From Mayamaea pseudoterrestris (lineage: Eukaryota): a DNA stretch of 64,000 nucleotides. The translations under genes and the position numbers were made by a program. The first letter of the stretch is position 1. The number at the start of each line of letters is the position of its first letter. The notes beneath the pieces were generated by a model that searched no databases, was not told where the DNA came from, and was given only the letters and a program-made list of their open reading frames with translations. Of the stretch, positions 21,454-34,827 are shown piece after piece. The stretch lies in the NCBI GenBank assembly GCA_027923505.1, contig BROI01000019.1, forward strand, positions 558,001 to 622,000. Direction: 5' to 3'.

Positions 21454-23319
21454 ATGGAGCTGAATGATGGTTTAAATCCGCCGCTGCGTCAATTTTTGAC
21501 GCGAGTCACCGACCCAGAGGAACTGCCTCGTGTAGCACACAGATGGGTTCGCGACGCTGACGGCAACGACGAGAATGAGGAGGGCGCTGCGGCCTCTAGA
21601 CCTTTATGGGATCTTCCAGTCATTCCAGTCTACAAGCTAAATGATGGTTTTGAACTCTGGCAACTTGCTTTGGTGGATGCTGATAGTTTTTGGATGCTCT
21701 TTGCTAATGAGGAGATCACCGAGGACGAGGACTTGATCATTTGCATTACCAGCGATATAGGCGTCATCTTTGGTAGCACATTAAAAAGGTTCAAGTCTTT
21801 GCGACTTGTTAATAATAATGGAGACAAATTTGTCAAGCTTGGTCCAAGATTCGTATCTTATGTTGGCGAGGAAAGTCGCAATGCAATTTTTGAAGGCGAA
21901 CTCTTCGTATTGCACTCGTCGGGTGTTCGGCCGAGCACAGACAAGCTACAGCTTTGCCAGAAGGAAGTACAAAATCTCCTTCGCCTGGCCACGCGCTTTC
22001 CTTTGCCGCGGCGCATACTGCCGGGGACTGACCATGGTCGACGTCTCGAGCTTTATGGTAAAGACTCGAACAATGCTCAAACAAAACCGCTTGACATGTT
22101 TTCCGCAGAATGTTTGCGCGAGTGTTTCGGGCAAGCCGACTGGAAGCGAAACGCAAGACTCACACTAAGCAATTATCCGCTTTCCGCAAAGGAATGGAAC
22201 GTGTTGCAGGAGTTTACATTCAAAGACCTGCGAGTGTCTGGTCATGCGCCTCTCTCATGGACCTTTTTGCAAAATACGAAGGCTGAGTCAATTCAGGTTC
22301 ATGACGACCCTGAGTTAGAGCGAGATTTTCAAAACGACGCAAGCCCAGTGTCAACAAGGATTGTTTTTCGCCCTCCCTACTTATTGCAAGTGAGCGGAAT
22401 TGATGGCTTTTGTCGCAAATGGCTCTCCATTGCCAGTGATGTGGAATTAGAGGAAGTGCGCATGAGCGAAACGTCTTGGCAGTACCTGTGGCAATCAAAC
22501 GTTTTGTTGGACCGCACCAGCTGGACATCAATTAGAATCACTGACTTGAAGATTGGTAGAAAAAACATGGAATTTGAGGATGCGAGGGTTATTCCAGCCG
22601 ACCGACCGTGGACACTCAAGTGGTTTGCGGCAAAAGACGACGAAAGCAATGGCTCGTTGCTTATTCGTCGCATAGTTCCGTCCTTTGCAGATGAAGAAAT
22701 GTCCTACTCGCGTCGGGACGCCAGCAATCCACTTGTCCGTGATGCGCCTCCACCGGAAGCTAGTCAGTCGGTGGTATTGGCCGCCATGTTGGCTGCTCGC
22801 AACGACCCCGATCGGCTCTACCGACTTTGTCGCTCGTATGCGCACATGCTCACCAAGCCACGAACATCAGCTACTCGGCTTTCGGAGTTGGAGACAGGTT
22901 TGATTGAGCTTCGGACATTGGGAATGGACCATGATGCAACGATTGCATTGGTCATGCAAGTCATGAATGCGCAGCAGTTCCAGCATGATCGCGAGCTGCA
23001 GCAAATGGGAGAGCAAATGCAGCAAGCACTGGAGCAGCAGCGCGTAGCTTCTGCCCGCGAGCTGCAGCAAATGCGAGAGCAAATGCAGCAAGCACTATGG
23101 CAGCAGCACGTAGCTTCTGCTCGCGCTCTGCAGCAAGCACTGGAGCAGCAGCGCGTAGCTTCTGCTCGCGAGCTGCAGCAAGCACTGGAGCAGCAGCACG
23201 TAGCGTCTCGGGTGGAACAGGAGCAGTTTAGTGAACAGCTGCATTCTCTCGTGGATTTGAATCGCTCGCTCGAGATGAGAGTGGTTGACTTAGAGGAGCA
23301 GCAACGAGACCGTCGCTGA
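21454..23319 (+). CDS. Hypothetical 621-aa protein with C-terminal Gln-rich coiled-coil tandem repeats
   Basis: Long ATG-initiated ORF; repeats ELQQ(MxEQMQQ)ALEQQxVASAR at ~22990-23210. Confidence 0.75.
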   Translation: MELNDGLNPPLRQFLTRVTDPEELPRVAHRWVRDADGNDENEEGAAASRPLWDLPVIPVYKLNDGFELWQLALVDADSFWMLFANEEITEDEDLIICITSDIGVIFGSTLKRFKSLRLVNNNGDKFVKLGPRFVSYVGEESRNAIFEGELFVLHSSGVRPSTDKLQLCQKEVQNLLRLATRFPLPRRILPGTDHGRRLELYGKDSNNAQTKPLDMFSAECLRECFGQADWKRNARLTLSNYPLSAKEWNVLQEFTFKDLRVSGHAPLSWTFLQNTKAESIQVHDDPELERDFQNDASPVSTRIVFRPPYLLQVSGIDGFCRKWLSIASDVELEEVRMSETSWQYLWQSNVLLDRTSWTSIRITDLKIGRKNMEFEDARVIPADRPWTLKWFAAKDDESNGSLLIRRIVPSFADEEMSYSRRDASNPLVRDAPPPEASQSVVLAAMLAARNDPDRLYRLCRSYAHMLTKPRTSATRLSELETGLIELRTLGMDHDATIALVMQVMNAQQFQHDRELQQMGEQMQQALEQQRVASARELQQMREQMQQALWQQHVASARALQQALEQQRVASARELQQALEQQHVASRVEQEQFSEQLHSLVDLNRSLEMRVVDLEEQQRDRR

Positions 23320-23663
23320 GGTTTATGTAAACGACTTGTCTGCTAGTATATGTTTTACTCTATATGTGGATACAATAAAAAGCATTTTGATAGCTATTAA
23401 ATACTGTTGTATTGTCAGTACCAATGGCTAGCCTTGAACCATCGGAAATTTGTGCATGTACAGCCGCTGCTTCGTCTCGCTGTAAGTCTTCTTCCCCCTG
23501 AGTGATGTTGTGCCACTCGATCAATCGATTTCGTGTAATTTGCCGCAAGTGATGCGAACAAGGCCCAACCCATTTGATGTGAGACAATCACGCCGTTGTT
23601 GACACATTGAAACGATAAATCGCTACGTTAGACAAGTCCTACCTTCTTTTGAAAGGCGAATAG

Positions 23664-26327
23664 CTAGTTCTCCGGTAAAATATTCGACGTTCCGGCCCGC
23701 TCCACCATGCTTTTATAGGATCCATTTGCCTTGTTCATTAACTCGGAATGGCTGCCAAGCTCAGCGACCTGTCCTTGGTCAATAACGGCGATATAATCGG
23801 CGTTCCGGACCGTCTGAAGTCGATGTGCAATGACAATGGTCGTCACTGAATGATTTGTGGTTAGCAAAAGCTTATCGAGAGCCTCCTGAACGATTTTTTC
23901 GCTCGTAGAATCAAGGCAACTCGTTGCTTCATCCAAAATTAGTAGTGAGGGCTTCTTCACAATGGCTCGCGCTATGGCGATTCGTTGACGCTGGCCGCCT
24001 GCAACCAGACACAACAAAGGATTAGACACAAAAGGATAAAGAATTACGATTACCAAACAAAACTAACCGCTCAAAGAACCACCTCGTTCACCCACTTGTG
24101 TTTCATAGCCGGCTGGAAATCTCTGGATAAACGAATCTGCATTCGCGAGAACAGCAGCTCGAATAGCTTCCTCCCGAGATGTTTGCGGACAACCATACAG
24201 TATGTTGTCGAGTATGGATCCTTGAAACAAAACTGGTTCTTGAGTTACCACTCCAATCTCTCGCCGATACGCCAAGATATCGAAAGAGCAAAGGTCCCAC
24301 CCATCGATAAGAATTGTACCTCGCTCGGGATCGTACATTCTTTGTATCAAGTTGATTATTGAACTTTTGCCGCATCCCGAACTGCCAACAAGAGCCAGCG
24401 TCTTTCCACGTGGAATGTCCAAGTTAATTGATGAAAGGACCATGGCTTGCGGACGGCTTGGATATGAAAACGACACATTCTTTAGGTGCACGGAGAATGG
24501 CCTGGTTGCTGGCTGAAATCTATTAATAAACCCGTCGCTTTCGACAAATTCATCGTCCACCGCAATAACATCCTCACTGTTCGTAGCAGGAGGAGGAGGT
24601 CTGCGATCCAACAATGCAAACACCTTGTCACCAGCTCCCGACGACTTTATCAGCGACGAATATGACTGAAACAAATTTAGTAGTTCCTGTTGTAGAGATC
24701 CTTGATACAGCATAAAGGCGAGGAGAACCTCAGAGCTAAGACCATGTCGCTCAATGAGGTGAGATCCGACGTAAAGGAGCATGCCTTGGACGACCGTGTT
24801 GATGAGAAAAGTGCTGACTGCCATGTAGTAGACTCCAGTCATGTACAACTGCCGGACATTGAGCCTGAAATGCTGTTCAATCTTCTCACTGTATCGCTTG
24901 CTTTCCTGCCGTTCTGCTGCAAACGCAATTACCGTCCTGACGTTTGTCAACGCTTGCTGCGCCACGTTATTGGCTTCTGCTAGCGCATTTTGAACTTGTT
25001 CCGCATTCTTGGCAAGCCAGACGCCATAGAATCTGTTAATCGCCGCCACAATTGGTGCCATGGAGACGGCGCATGCACCCAAAGTGGGACATCGCCAAAG
25101 CATGTAAGTTGTGATTCCGGTTATGCGTACGACTGATTCAATGCTGAATCGAAAGAACCAGGTCAAGTCACCACCCATTTCCGAGCAATCACTTGTGAGT
25201 CGACTCGTCAATTCTCCAGTACTCGTCACGTCAAAAAAGCCCATTTCCTGTCGCAGCAAGTGGCCAAACAAGTGTAGTCGCAAATCCTTGACGATGCGTT
25301 GGTTGGAATAGCCAAACAAAAAGACGCACCAGAAGTCAAGCAACGCATCAATCGAGCCCGCGACGAGCAAATACAATATTTCTTGGTGCGCCTTGTGAAA
25401 ATCGGCTTGCGCGAGTGCCGAAAGCGTCGTGGCGACAAAGTGCGGCATCGACAGCGAGCACGGTAGACGAAGCAGCAGTACAAAGCAACCCAAGTACAAG
25501 TACATGGTTTGTGGCTCGGCAAGCTTGAGTAAGCGGCGTGTCCCTCGAAGTCGATCCGAAACATCAGCGGCTTCATTATGCATGTCTGGACTGTTGGGCG
25601 GCGATAGGAGTGGCGTTGTCGGCGAATTTTGGTCGTCGTCGTCACACGTTTCAATCGCGACGTCAACATTAACGCATGCATTGGCATTAGCGCATCCTTC
25701 CAAACCCGTAGATTGTTCAAAGTTTTCTTCGTCGAGTATTAGATGGTAGTCGGTAGTCGCTTCGAGGGTGGATTCGTGATAATTTGTTGAATTTGTTGTC
25801 GAAGCTGCTGCGCCATTTGTATCTTCCTCCGATGCTTCGGGCCAGAATGACAGCATCAAGGCTAAAGCAGACGTGATAAGCATTCCTAGACCAATCAATA
25901 GCATCCAGATATCCATTGAAGCGTTGAAATCGCGGTCTTTGCTGTTCAAGTGATTCGCATTCATTCGCCATCCGACGAAAACCAATCCGAAACCAGTCAC
26001 CGTGCTACATATGTTTGACGCTCGAGTCAGCATGCTGGCAAGTAGCGAATGATTTTGTCCGACGCGTTCCTGCTCTTGCTGACTGCCAAGAGTGCCCTGT
26101 TGTGCCGACACAATAAACCACGGAACGAGCACTAGCAATGTGACACCACTCGCCAGCTGCCCCGACAGAACCATGGCAATGAGAGTGAGCCATGGATGCT
26201 GCTGTACGAAAAGTACGAGAATCAGTACTGCAAGGCATGCATAAGATGTAACGCTAAGAATAAAGGTATTCGAGTGAACATTGGCAGGTCTCGTGGACTC
26301 GACACCAGTGGCCAATGGCGCCACCAT
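23664..26327 (-). CDS. ABCB half-transporter, TAP/ABCB9/ABCB10-like; join(26327..24068,23998..23664)
   Basis: [15 protein letters not shown], Walker A GSSGCGKS; the 69-nt intron 23999-24067 splits the signature, restored as [30 protein letters not shown]. Confidence 0.92.
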
Positions 26328-26488
26328 GGTGATGACGACAAAGTGCGCGCGTCGCAACAAAGTGTGTGGTCAAGCGCAATTGAAAAGAACTATGATTCGT
26401 GAATACTCCGTTGACGCGACTATTCAAGACGAAATTCCGATGCGCGCGAGTGTTAACCATCTCATCACCAATACCATCCTTCTTGTTG

Positions 26489-28124
26489 ATGTACAATAAT
26501 GGTTGCTTGCGAAAGCTACTATCTGTATATTGTACATCAATCCATACAATTTCGTGTTTATGTCTCATCATCAAAGCGAGCAGACGAGTTCAGGAGCCGG
26601 CGAAGACGATAGATGTTGAATCCTCCGTAATCGTTGCGCCAACCGATGACGAAGAACAAAGCAGACTGCCTCCATTGTCGGCAGCAAATGAAACGAACGA
26701 ACCCATAAAGCCATTACTATCAAAGCTGGAACGATGGAACCTATTGTTTTGTCTCTTGAGCTGGGCTTGTTCGACGGCGGCAGCGACACTTGGTATGTGG
26801 ACGTTATGGAGGGCTGTGGTTTTCACTGTTGATCGTTCCCTGAATCATCTCATTTTTCGCAGTCGTTGGATAATCAAACCTTGTCTTGGTTGCCATTGGC
26901 GCTCCCGAAAGTCATTCCGCCTTGGCGCTTGGTTTATTCTTTGTCGGCGCATCAATTGTGTCCATCTTGGTCCCATTCATTGCATCGGCAAAACTCTTGT
27001 ATGTCACGGGCACCATTTTGGGCATGCTTGGCGCATTCTTGTTTGGAATTCTCGCCGTCTATCTACAATCGGAAGCTCTCTTTCTCTTGGCGTCATGTGC
27101 TTTCGGCATGGCCATGGGCATGGGCTTTCATTTACGGTTCGCCGCCCTGGGCGTCGTTTCGAGTGCGCACCATAAATCGTTCGCCATGACGCTCGTCGTT
27201 TCGGGAGGTTGCTTGGCAGCCTTCGCCGGGCCGGAAGCGGCGCAAGGGACAATCAACATGATTCAAGCGTATCCGTATATGGGGACCATGATCATGACGG
27301 GCATTTATCATGTGCTGAACGCAGTCTTCTTGCTAATGGTCATGTTTCCGGAGACAGTCGAGACGAAAAAAGATGAACTGGTCTTGTCGAAGGATACACC
27401 ACCGTCACCTGCAGCAACTCGTCCGCCAATATATCAACTTCTATTGACGCGATCTTTCCTAGTCCCCATGCTCCTCAGTAGCTGCAGCTGGGCAACCATG
27501 GCCATGCCCATGGGCATCGTACGCATCGCCATGGCTAGCGTTGGTTACACGAGCCGACAGTCGCTCTACGTCATGGAAATGCACTTTCTGGGCATGTACG
27601 CGCCTGGCTTTGTCACGGGAAAATGGATTCAAGCCAGCGGCTACAAGTTCATGTGTCGAATTGGTTGCGCCGTCTTTATGGTGGCACTGATTTTGCTGCA
27701 AGTGGTGCGCGTCGTTGATCACTTTGCGCTATGGGCGATTGGCATGGTTCTAATCGGAGTTGGCTGGAATTTTGTCTTTACATCGAGTACTGTGTGGTTG
27801 ACCAAGGGGAATCTGCAGGAGCAGTATGCGTCATCGACGGTGCGAGCTATGCACGACTTTTTCATGTTCATGCTCAGCGGTATATGGATTCTCAGCGCGA
27901 GTTTTATTTACGCCGCCGGAGGAGAGCAATTAAGTGGATGGGGGTTGCTTTTATGGGTTGTCCTCGGGATTTGGGCCTTTATGCTTTTGTTGCTGGTGTT
28001 TGATTTTTTGGGTCCACACATCACAACGAAATTACCTGCTGCCGTCCAGTCGGACGCGAACGATAAACGCACTGATACACCCAAAGAAGCTTTAGCCTTA
28101 TCAGTATCTATAACAAATCGTTAA
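26489..28124 (+). pseudogene. Major facilitator superfamily transporter with an in-frame TAA (possible pseudogene or base error); start uncertain
   Basis: ~12 hydrophobic segments, HLRFAAL, GGCLAAFAGPE, MHFLGMYAPGFVTG, GVGWNF. Splicing 26793-26862 gives ATLVVG*SNLVLVAIG with TAA at 26871-26873. Confidence 0.7.
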
Positions 28125-28241
28125 TATGCGAGAGACCAAGAACAATGTACTTATCCGACTGCCATGCTATCGGTCGACAACTGGTGGACGATATGGCCAC
28201 GAGTAATTGCACGCCACCTTAAAAGCTTCCAAGTATCAACT

Positions 28242-31200
28242 TCACGAAACTATATTACCGCAGCTTAAAATACATTCGCCTTCTGGGCATTGCCAGTTGA
28301 TAAATCCACGACAAGTAGCAGATTGACAACGGCATGGAATGCGTTTGCTTAGATCTCGTTCGACCGGCAATCTATAATCGTAAGTAATTTCATCTCCCAT
28401 CGCAATTGACGTCCTTGCCATAACAAAGACTCGCGTCTTATGTACTCCAGGCTCCATCCCATGCACGACTTTTGTGATGCAATTGGGCGTGCAGCTGTGG
28501 TTTATGAAGCGGCTGATTCGTCCTTTACGGGTTGCATCCAGTACATAGTTTTTCTCAATGCGGAACTGAAAGCACTGCTGCCCAAAATGCAAGTTCTTCT
28601 TCTGTTTAGCTTCGGCAAGCAAAGCATTGCAATACTCACCAACAATTTCGCATACAATCTCACCAGTTTCATAAGCCTTGTCTGCAAAAAGGCCGACGCC
28701 ATGTATTTTAGACTTTCTCACCGAAACAATCTCCTGCTTAATTCCGGCGCCACCCATCAAGTCCTTATCTTTCTTTGCCATTTGTCTGCATGTTTTGTCG
28801 CTGCCCGTCCCTGTAGAAAGAAATAGGCGGGATCCGTCGATGCGCTTTAAAATGTTCTCATCCCTTTTCGCTTTGGCAATCTCCCTGGCCGACGCCTTCA
28901 GTATGTCAAGCTGTTCCTGCAAGCTGTTACAACGAGCGCACCCGCTACTGAGCAGCGCCGTGCGTAAATTTAGGCGACGGGCTCGAACACAGTGCAGCAA
29001 CCGAATGATAGACTCCTCGCGAGGCGAAGTGATATCATGAGGACGTACACAATGCACAACAGCAACTTGTTGATCAATGTGTTCGCAAAGAGCATCATCA
29101 TCAATGAATGAGCGAAAGGGAATGGCACTGAACGGATTCAGAGATCTTGGATATGGTGCTATTGACGCTTCCGCTGCTTTGGCAGCGCGGCGGACAGCCA
29201 GCGCGCCGTACAATGCCACTTCATTCTCAAACATCCGCACGCAACCTGTTTCTATCTGATTCTTCAGCCATTTTTCCAATCTCCGCATGGTCAAAGCTAT
29301 CGAAGTTGCTGTATGTTCTGCAGAGTTGTTGAAGGTATCAGCGGATAGGGCAACTGTAATTGCTTGGACCCATTCTTCGGCTTTCGTGGCCATCTCGCTT
29401 AGCAAAGTAAATATTAAGTCCGCTGTTTCAGTCTGTAGCGAGCCTACAGGGTAGATTGAACGTGCATCGTGACACAACAAACGTATTTGCTCCACAAATG
29501 ATCTGACATCAACGTATTCATTCCTCAGTAGTCGTGAACGTATCATGGTAAGGCCCTTTGGTTGACTAACGCTGTCATCTGCGTTCTCGGGTACTGTTAG
29601 TTTGGATAATTCGTTTAATGAGCGAAAAGGGTCGCGTCTCAAGATGGCTACAAATATACCGGCGCAAGCAATAAATGTAATTCGTTTGCTCCACCCACCA
29701 GAATCGAGCAAGCTCTTCGTTTCGTTGACTGTAATCATTTTATCAAGATTCGAAAGATTAGACCCCATCTCGCCAACCGTCTCGATGGAGATAAAGTCCG
29801 CCGATGATTGGTCCGCCGGGTTCTCAAGCACTTTACTGTGGCGGCTGACAACATGCTTCTCCGGTTCGTGTTTAACGTCGCTAGTTGAAGCACCAGACTC
29901 GTCTTCGTCTCTTAAAATGGCTGCATCTACCTTTGGCCGCGGAGCAGCGACAGGCCGAGAAGGGAGAATGGCAATTGGAAGGAATTCTCGTTTAGCGAGC
30001 TTCTTGGCGATAGTACGATCACCTTCCGACAATTCAACCGTCTTTTCCTTACTGTGCACACGATTTAGCATGGTGCTATGCACGACAAGATTTTCATGTC
30101 GCTCAGAATTCCTTCGCCTTGCCGAAAAATCGACGAACTGGGCTTTCAGGCACTTTAAGCAACCTGCATCTAGGCGTGTAATGCAATGACAACTACCGCA
30201 CTCGTACAAATGGACACTTCCAGACTCCATCGATTCGCTCGAAAAGGCTGAAGTAGTGTCTGACGCTTCACTTTCCCCAGTGAGAGCTGTTGGCATGAAA
30301 TTTGACAAGGCTAACGCTCCTTCCACGAATCTTGCGATATCGTCGGCCCGCGCACTTGGATTAGTCAGAGAGCAGCTTGGACTCGGTAGTAGATTGTCCA
30401 GTATCTTTTGTTGCATGGTTGGCCTCCACTCCATCATTTCCCCATCGCGTATTTCTGGTGAATTGTCATGTTGCAAACGTGGCCGCAACCCTAAACCCAC
30501 ACGCGTTGCCAGAAGCGAACTCAGTCCAGGTTGGACCTTTGCCCGACGCTTGACAGCCGGCAAACGACGCTGGACTACGGGACAGTAGTGCAACCACCCA
30601 CGTGTACAACCGTAACACTCATCGCCCACACTAGTTGCGACTGGTCCGTGCATTGAGGCAGCACCCTTGGTGGCTCCTTGCCCTTCTATGATCTCCAGTC
30701 GATTCACCGCAAACAATGGATCCGATGCGTGAAACCTCACGTCGTGCAGAGCGGCGATTAAGACTTTGTTGTAAAACACATCTGATTCCATTTCAACTTC
30801 CTTGTGACCAACAGAAACTTTGTCATATAGGCGTTTGTGTAGCGCGTTCTGCAGTTTTAAATCTTCCTCCGTATCTGCCATGCTTTGTGGCTCAGTCATA
30901 AAATCCTCCGCCGCGTCATCATCAGCCATTGCCTGCACATTCTTATCTTCTTTCCACTGAATGATGCGGTGCTCAAATTCATTCATGGACATGTTGACGT
31001 ACCGCCGGCATTCAAATGGGCGGAGCTTAGAAAACCAAACTGCCGCTTCCTTGGCAACGAGTGCGTTGCGTTCCAAATTGCCTTTGGACAAGCGGTTGAA
31101 GTATCGATGGGATTTAGTGAGAGCGCGCTCAATCTTCCAGCGATTCTCGCTCAAGAAAAAGTAGACTTGTGTGTAAAAGTGAAATAATATGTGAGTCAAG

Positions 31201-32206
31201 TCATCTGCGACAAATGAGATAACATTGTAACGCTCACTTGTTTCCACTCACACGCTGGAGTAGCTTGCACGAGACCTTGCGCATGAGTCCGATTTCCTAG
31301 AGCAGCCATAAGAGGATCAGCTGGAACTCGTCGATCCATAGATGGACTAGCTGGTACTGCAAGCGGAGCAAGAGCTGCAATGACTTCGGATTGATCCGGA
31401 TTCTCCGAGCGCGAGTCAGTTACCCTCCGCTGCTTCCGGACCGGCCTGTCCCCGTTTCTCTCGCGCTTCTTGACCTTTTGCTTGATATTGTCTTGTTCGT
31501 TTGAATCATAATCGGTATCAGCCGTCAGTGCGGGTTTTGGAGATGTTGCTCTAGCGCGTCGCTTCCGTGCCGGATTGGTTACTTGATCGGTCGGGTTTAC
31601 TGGCTTGTGGTGCTCTTTTAAGGAATCATTTACTTGTCCTTCCTCCGAGTTTGTCTCATGGTCTAGTAAATGGGAACCCATCTGGAGGTTCTTGTTTGCT
31701 TGTTCTTCCGGTGAATGACGATCTGTCTCCTCGTGATTTACAGAATTTTCATCAGCTGGAGTTGCTACTTTCAACTCCCAACAGACTGGACAAAACCATG
31801 GATCATCGTCTCGCAGCAGACTCAAATGAGATTCTCCCTCCAAAGGCAGACATCTCAAGTGGTATGCTCTGGGACATCCATCACAGCACACAATTTCCCC
31901 GAGTTGTTTGCAGACTTGACAGTAGAATTTGTTTCCATCATGCCCAATGAACGAGTCTTGTGGGGCGAATCCCGGAGGAGACGCAAAGATTTGATTATCA
32001 ACCATGATTCGAAGTGCAACAATATCATTTTTGTGTAAAGCCGTCAAGAGTTTGAGTGGCTCTGACGCTATATTATTGTTCATTTCAGCCGGCGATTCGG
32101 ATGGAGAATGATCGAGCGTTGGAATAGGTGATGATGCTTGGAGCGATGCTACATCATCAGCGGGTGTCAATTCGTCTAGTGAATCGCTTTCCTTCATAGT
32201 CATCAA
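28242..32206 (-). CDS. Chromatin protein: PHD finger, HMG-box-like, bromodomain-like, SET and post-SET (histone-lysine methyltransferase); join(32206..31252,31165..28242)
   Basis: PHD YCQVCKQLGEIVCCDGCPRAYHLRCL..WFCPVC; splicing restores TPAFYFFLSENR; LTMIRSRLLRNEY..FVEQIRLLCHDA; SET KSKIHGVGLFA, RFINHSCTPNC, EITYDY; CRCQSATCRG. Confidence 0.9.
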
Positions 32207-33756
32207 GGTAAATTACTTTTAAAACAATTGACCCGATCCGTCAGTTGCGAGCTGCACAACTATTGTGTGGGCCTTGAATTTTCGCTGGACGCCGCTCGTG
32301 AACGTGGAAGTCGAAATTGAAGCAGCGGCGCTTGGACAAAAGGTCGAGTCACTTCGTGTTCTAATATTGCCCGACGAGACACTTTTCACGAAATATATAA
32401 GTAATGTCGGAATCACGAAGTATGAAAACGAATATCAATCAACCACCTGTTTCTAATCGCGTGCGTCGTCAATCACAAGGTGCCGGAACGTCAATGGGAC
32501 TTTAGATGGGCATCCTCCATTCTACTACAGAAAGGCTCGTCACATGGTTGGCAGCAAGTCCATTCACTCGTTACCGTTTAATATAGTTGGGGGTATACAA
32601 AGAACGACGACCTAAGCTACGACTTTTGTTATGAATTTTAAGGCAAATGGAGGAGATAATGACACCGCTTGTCATAGAGATTGCCCCTTACTTTCGGCGC
32701 CACCCAACGGGTGAGAAGGCAGCGCCGCGTGTGCACGTTGCTACAAAAACTATATAAACATCAGGACCGCACAGCCGAGGGGCATGAAGTGATAGCCGAG
32801 GGAAATGCGCCGATGGAAAAGAGGAATGCAGCATTGTTGTTGGTCGATTGGACGGCAAATGTGGAACGCTTCCCCAACTTTGCGGCTATTCGAACAGGGA
32901 TCCGAAACGTCTGCGATACTGGATAGTACTCCCCGAAGTTTGCGATAACTTAAGATATCTCAAGTCTGTCCGACACCTGCAACTGTTGTTCTTTGCTGTA
33001 ACAATGGCCACCGCACACCTCCTGCTCTGCTGGGCGTCAACCTCAACCTTCCTCGTCTGGATCGCCTCCGCTGCGCCATGGGCTGAAGCAATGCTCCTCA
33101 CCAGATGGCCTACGGCAATTGTCGAAGTACTGCTGCTGGAGCACGTCTCTCAATGCTCGCTAGGCCAATCCAGAAATACTCGAGCATTGTGGGTTGCAAG
33201 GCATTACAAGTCTCTTCATAAAGGGCCGGAAGACTGTGGCAGCAGCAAGTGAAACAGGTTTCGCATGGCGGGAGAGCATGCGATAAAACGCGTCGCAATT
33301 GATCCGTTAAAGCAATATGCTCATGCGAGTATCCGGGCCGGATTGGGAATGTAGCATTTGCATCCCGCATTGCTTCCTTCGAATCCTTTTGATTTAAAAT
33401 GCGGGGCTCGTCCACAGTCTTTGCAGACGACTTGATAAACGGCTGTGCATAAAGCCGTTGGGCAAAAGGAGGATCAGTCGACGGCGTATATGGCGGTCAA
33501 AACGATCCAAACAAATGTATCCAGGAACAATTACTCGCCGGAAATTTAAACTCTGACCGTCCTTGGCCTTCGATGGCGATTTTGAAAGGCCACATGATAT
33601 AGTGGAAAATACCCAAAGAAGCGTTGGTCTACCGGTAGAAAGTAGTTTTTAGTATATAAATGGCAGACGTAGTAAATGTTGTTAAGCTGCGAGAGACCAA
33701 GAACTAGGGCTGTACTTGCTCGCATTTGCTTACCAAACAACCGCCAATTCAATCTA

Positions 33757-34827
33757 TTAAAGTTCATCCGCCACAACGGATCGTAGTATACTCACAATCT
33801 CACTATCGTCTCCGTGATATTCCTTGGCAAGTGTTAGTGCTGTTCTTTCATTCGCCGTCTGCAGACTCACACTTGCGCCAGCATCCAATAGCAGCTTGAC
33901 AATGTGCACATGTCCAGACCGCGCCGCCATATGCAAAGCATTCCACTTGTTGCCATCGGAATGATCCAATATATCAGTGTTTCTTGTTTCGCGAATGGCC
34001 GCCAAAAAGTGCTCCACCTGTTCAATCTGGCCGCGGTCAGCCGCCGCTCGGAATTCGTCAGCCGTGAGCAAGCCACCACCGTTCGGCAGAACCAAGACTG
34101 GTCCACTCAGTAAACGCACAATGGCATGATCAGGTTCAAGCGATTCCGTGGCAATGTCAAAGGCAGTCTTGCCCATGGATGTTTCAAGTTTAACGTCTGC
34201 GCCAGCTGCCAGCAAAATGCGAACCGAGTCGGTAAAGCCGGCGCGAGCAGCCACGTGCAAGGCCGTCCACTGATTGTGGTCGGAAGTGTTCACCAAATCA
34301 GGATTTTTCAATAAATATTGTTGAAGTAGACTCGGTTGATCCTCATGAGCAGCATGATGAAGGTCGTCGGCTGTCGGATCTGGTTGCGGATGCGATTGCA
34401 TAACTGGATCAGACAATGCAGGTTCTTGTCGAGAGTCGGTCGTTGGTTCTTGAGGATTGTCGTCAACCGGATCGGCTTGCTGAACATTTCGCTCTTCATC
34501 GTTTCCCAATGGCTCTTCATCTTCGGCGACTTGTTCTGCAATGGCATCCTTTGCTGTCGAATCGTCCTGCTTCTGTTCCAAGCCCTTTTGCGGCTCTAGT
34601 AATGCATTCAAAATTTCAGCCGTCGTTTCGGTCGAGTTACCAATGCATTCCAGAGCTCCACTCGGCATTCGCTTACAACCCTTCGGTGCCTTGAAGAAGA
34701 GTTTGCCGCCCGTCTTGACATGATGTTGAATTTGTAAGGCAACGGCGGCGAAAATGGCTACTCCGATGACGGCAAAAAGCATGTTGAGGAGGATCATGCA
34801 AGAGATTGAGATGGACGGACGCTGCAT
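33757..34827 (-). CDS. Membrane-anchored ankyrin repeat protein with C-terminal ADEL
   Basis: N-terminal TM; two ankyrin modules (WTALHVAARAG..LLAAGAD; WNALHMAARSGH..LLDAGAS); ends VVADEL. Confidence 0.85.
   Translation of the reverse strand: MQRPSISISCMILLNMLFAVIGVAIFAAVALQIQHHVKTGGKLFFKAPKGCKRMPSGALECIGNSTETTAEILNALLEPQKGLEQKQDDSTAKDAIAEQVAEDEEPLGNDEERNVQQADPVDDNPQEPTTDSRQEPALSDPVMQSHPQPDPTADDLHHAAHEDQPSLLQQYLLKNPDLVNTSDHNQWTALHVAARAGFTDSVRILLAAGADVKLETSMGKTAFDIATESLEPDHAIVRLLSGPVLVLPNGGGLLTADEFRAAADRGQIEQVEHFLAAIRETRNTDILDHSDGNKWNALHMAARSGHVHIVKLLLDAGASVSLQTANERTALTLAKEYHGDDSEIVSILRSVVADEL

Noticed and set aside
32450..33700. Short ORFs in a 1.2-kb spacer, possibly a decayed gene or transposon
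   Set aside because: No recognisable motifs, terminal repeats or consistent splice model.
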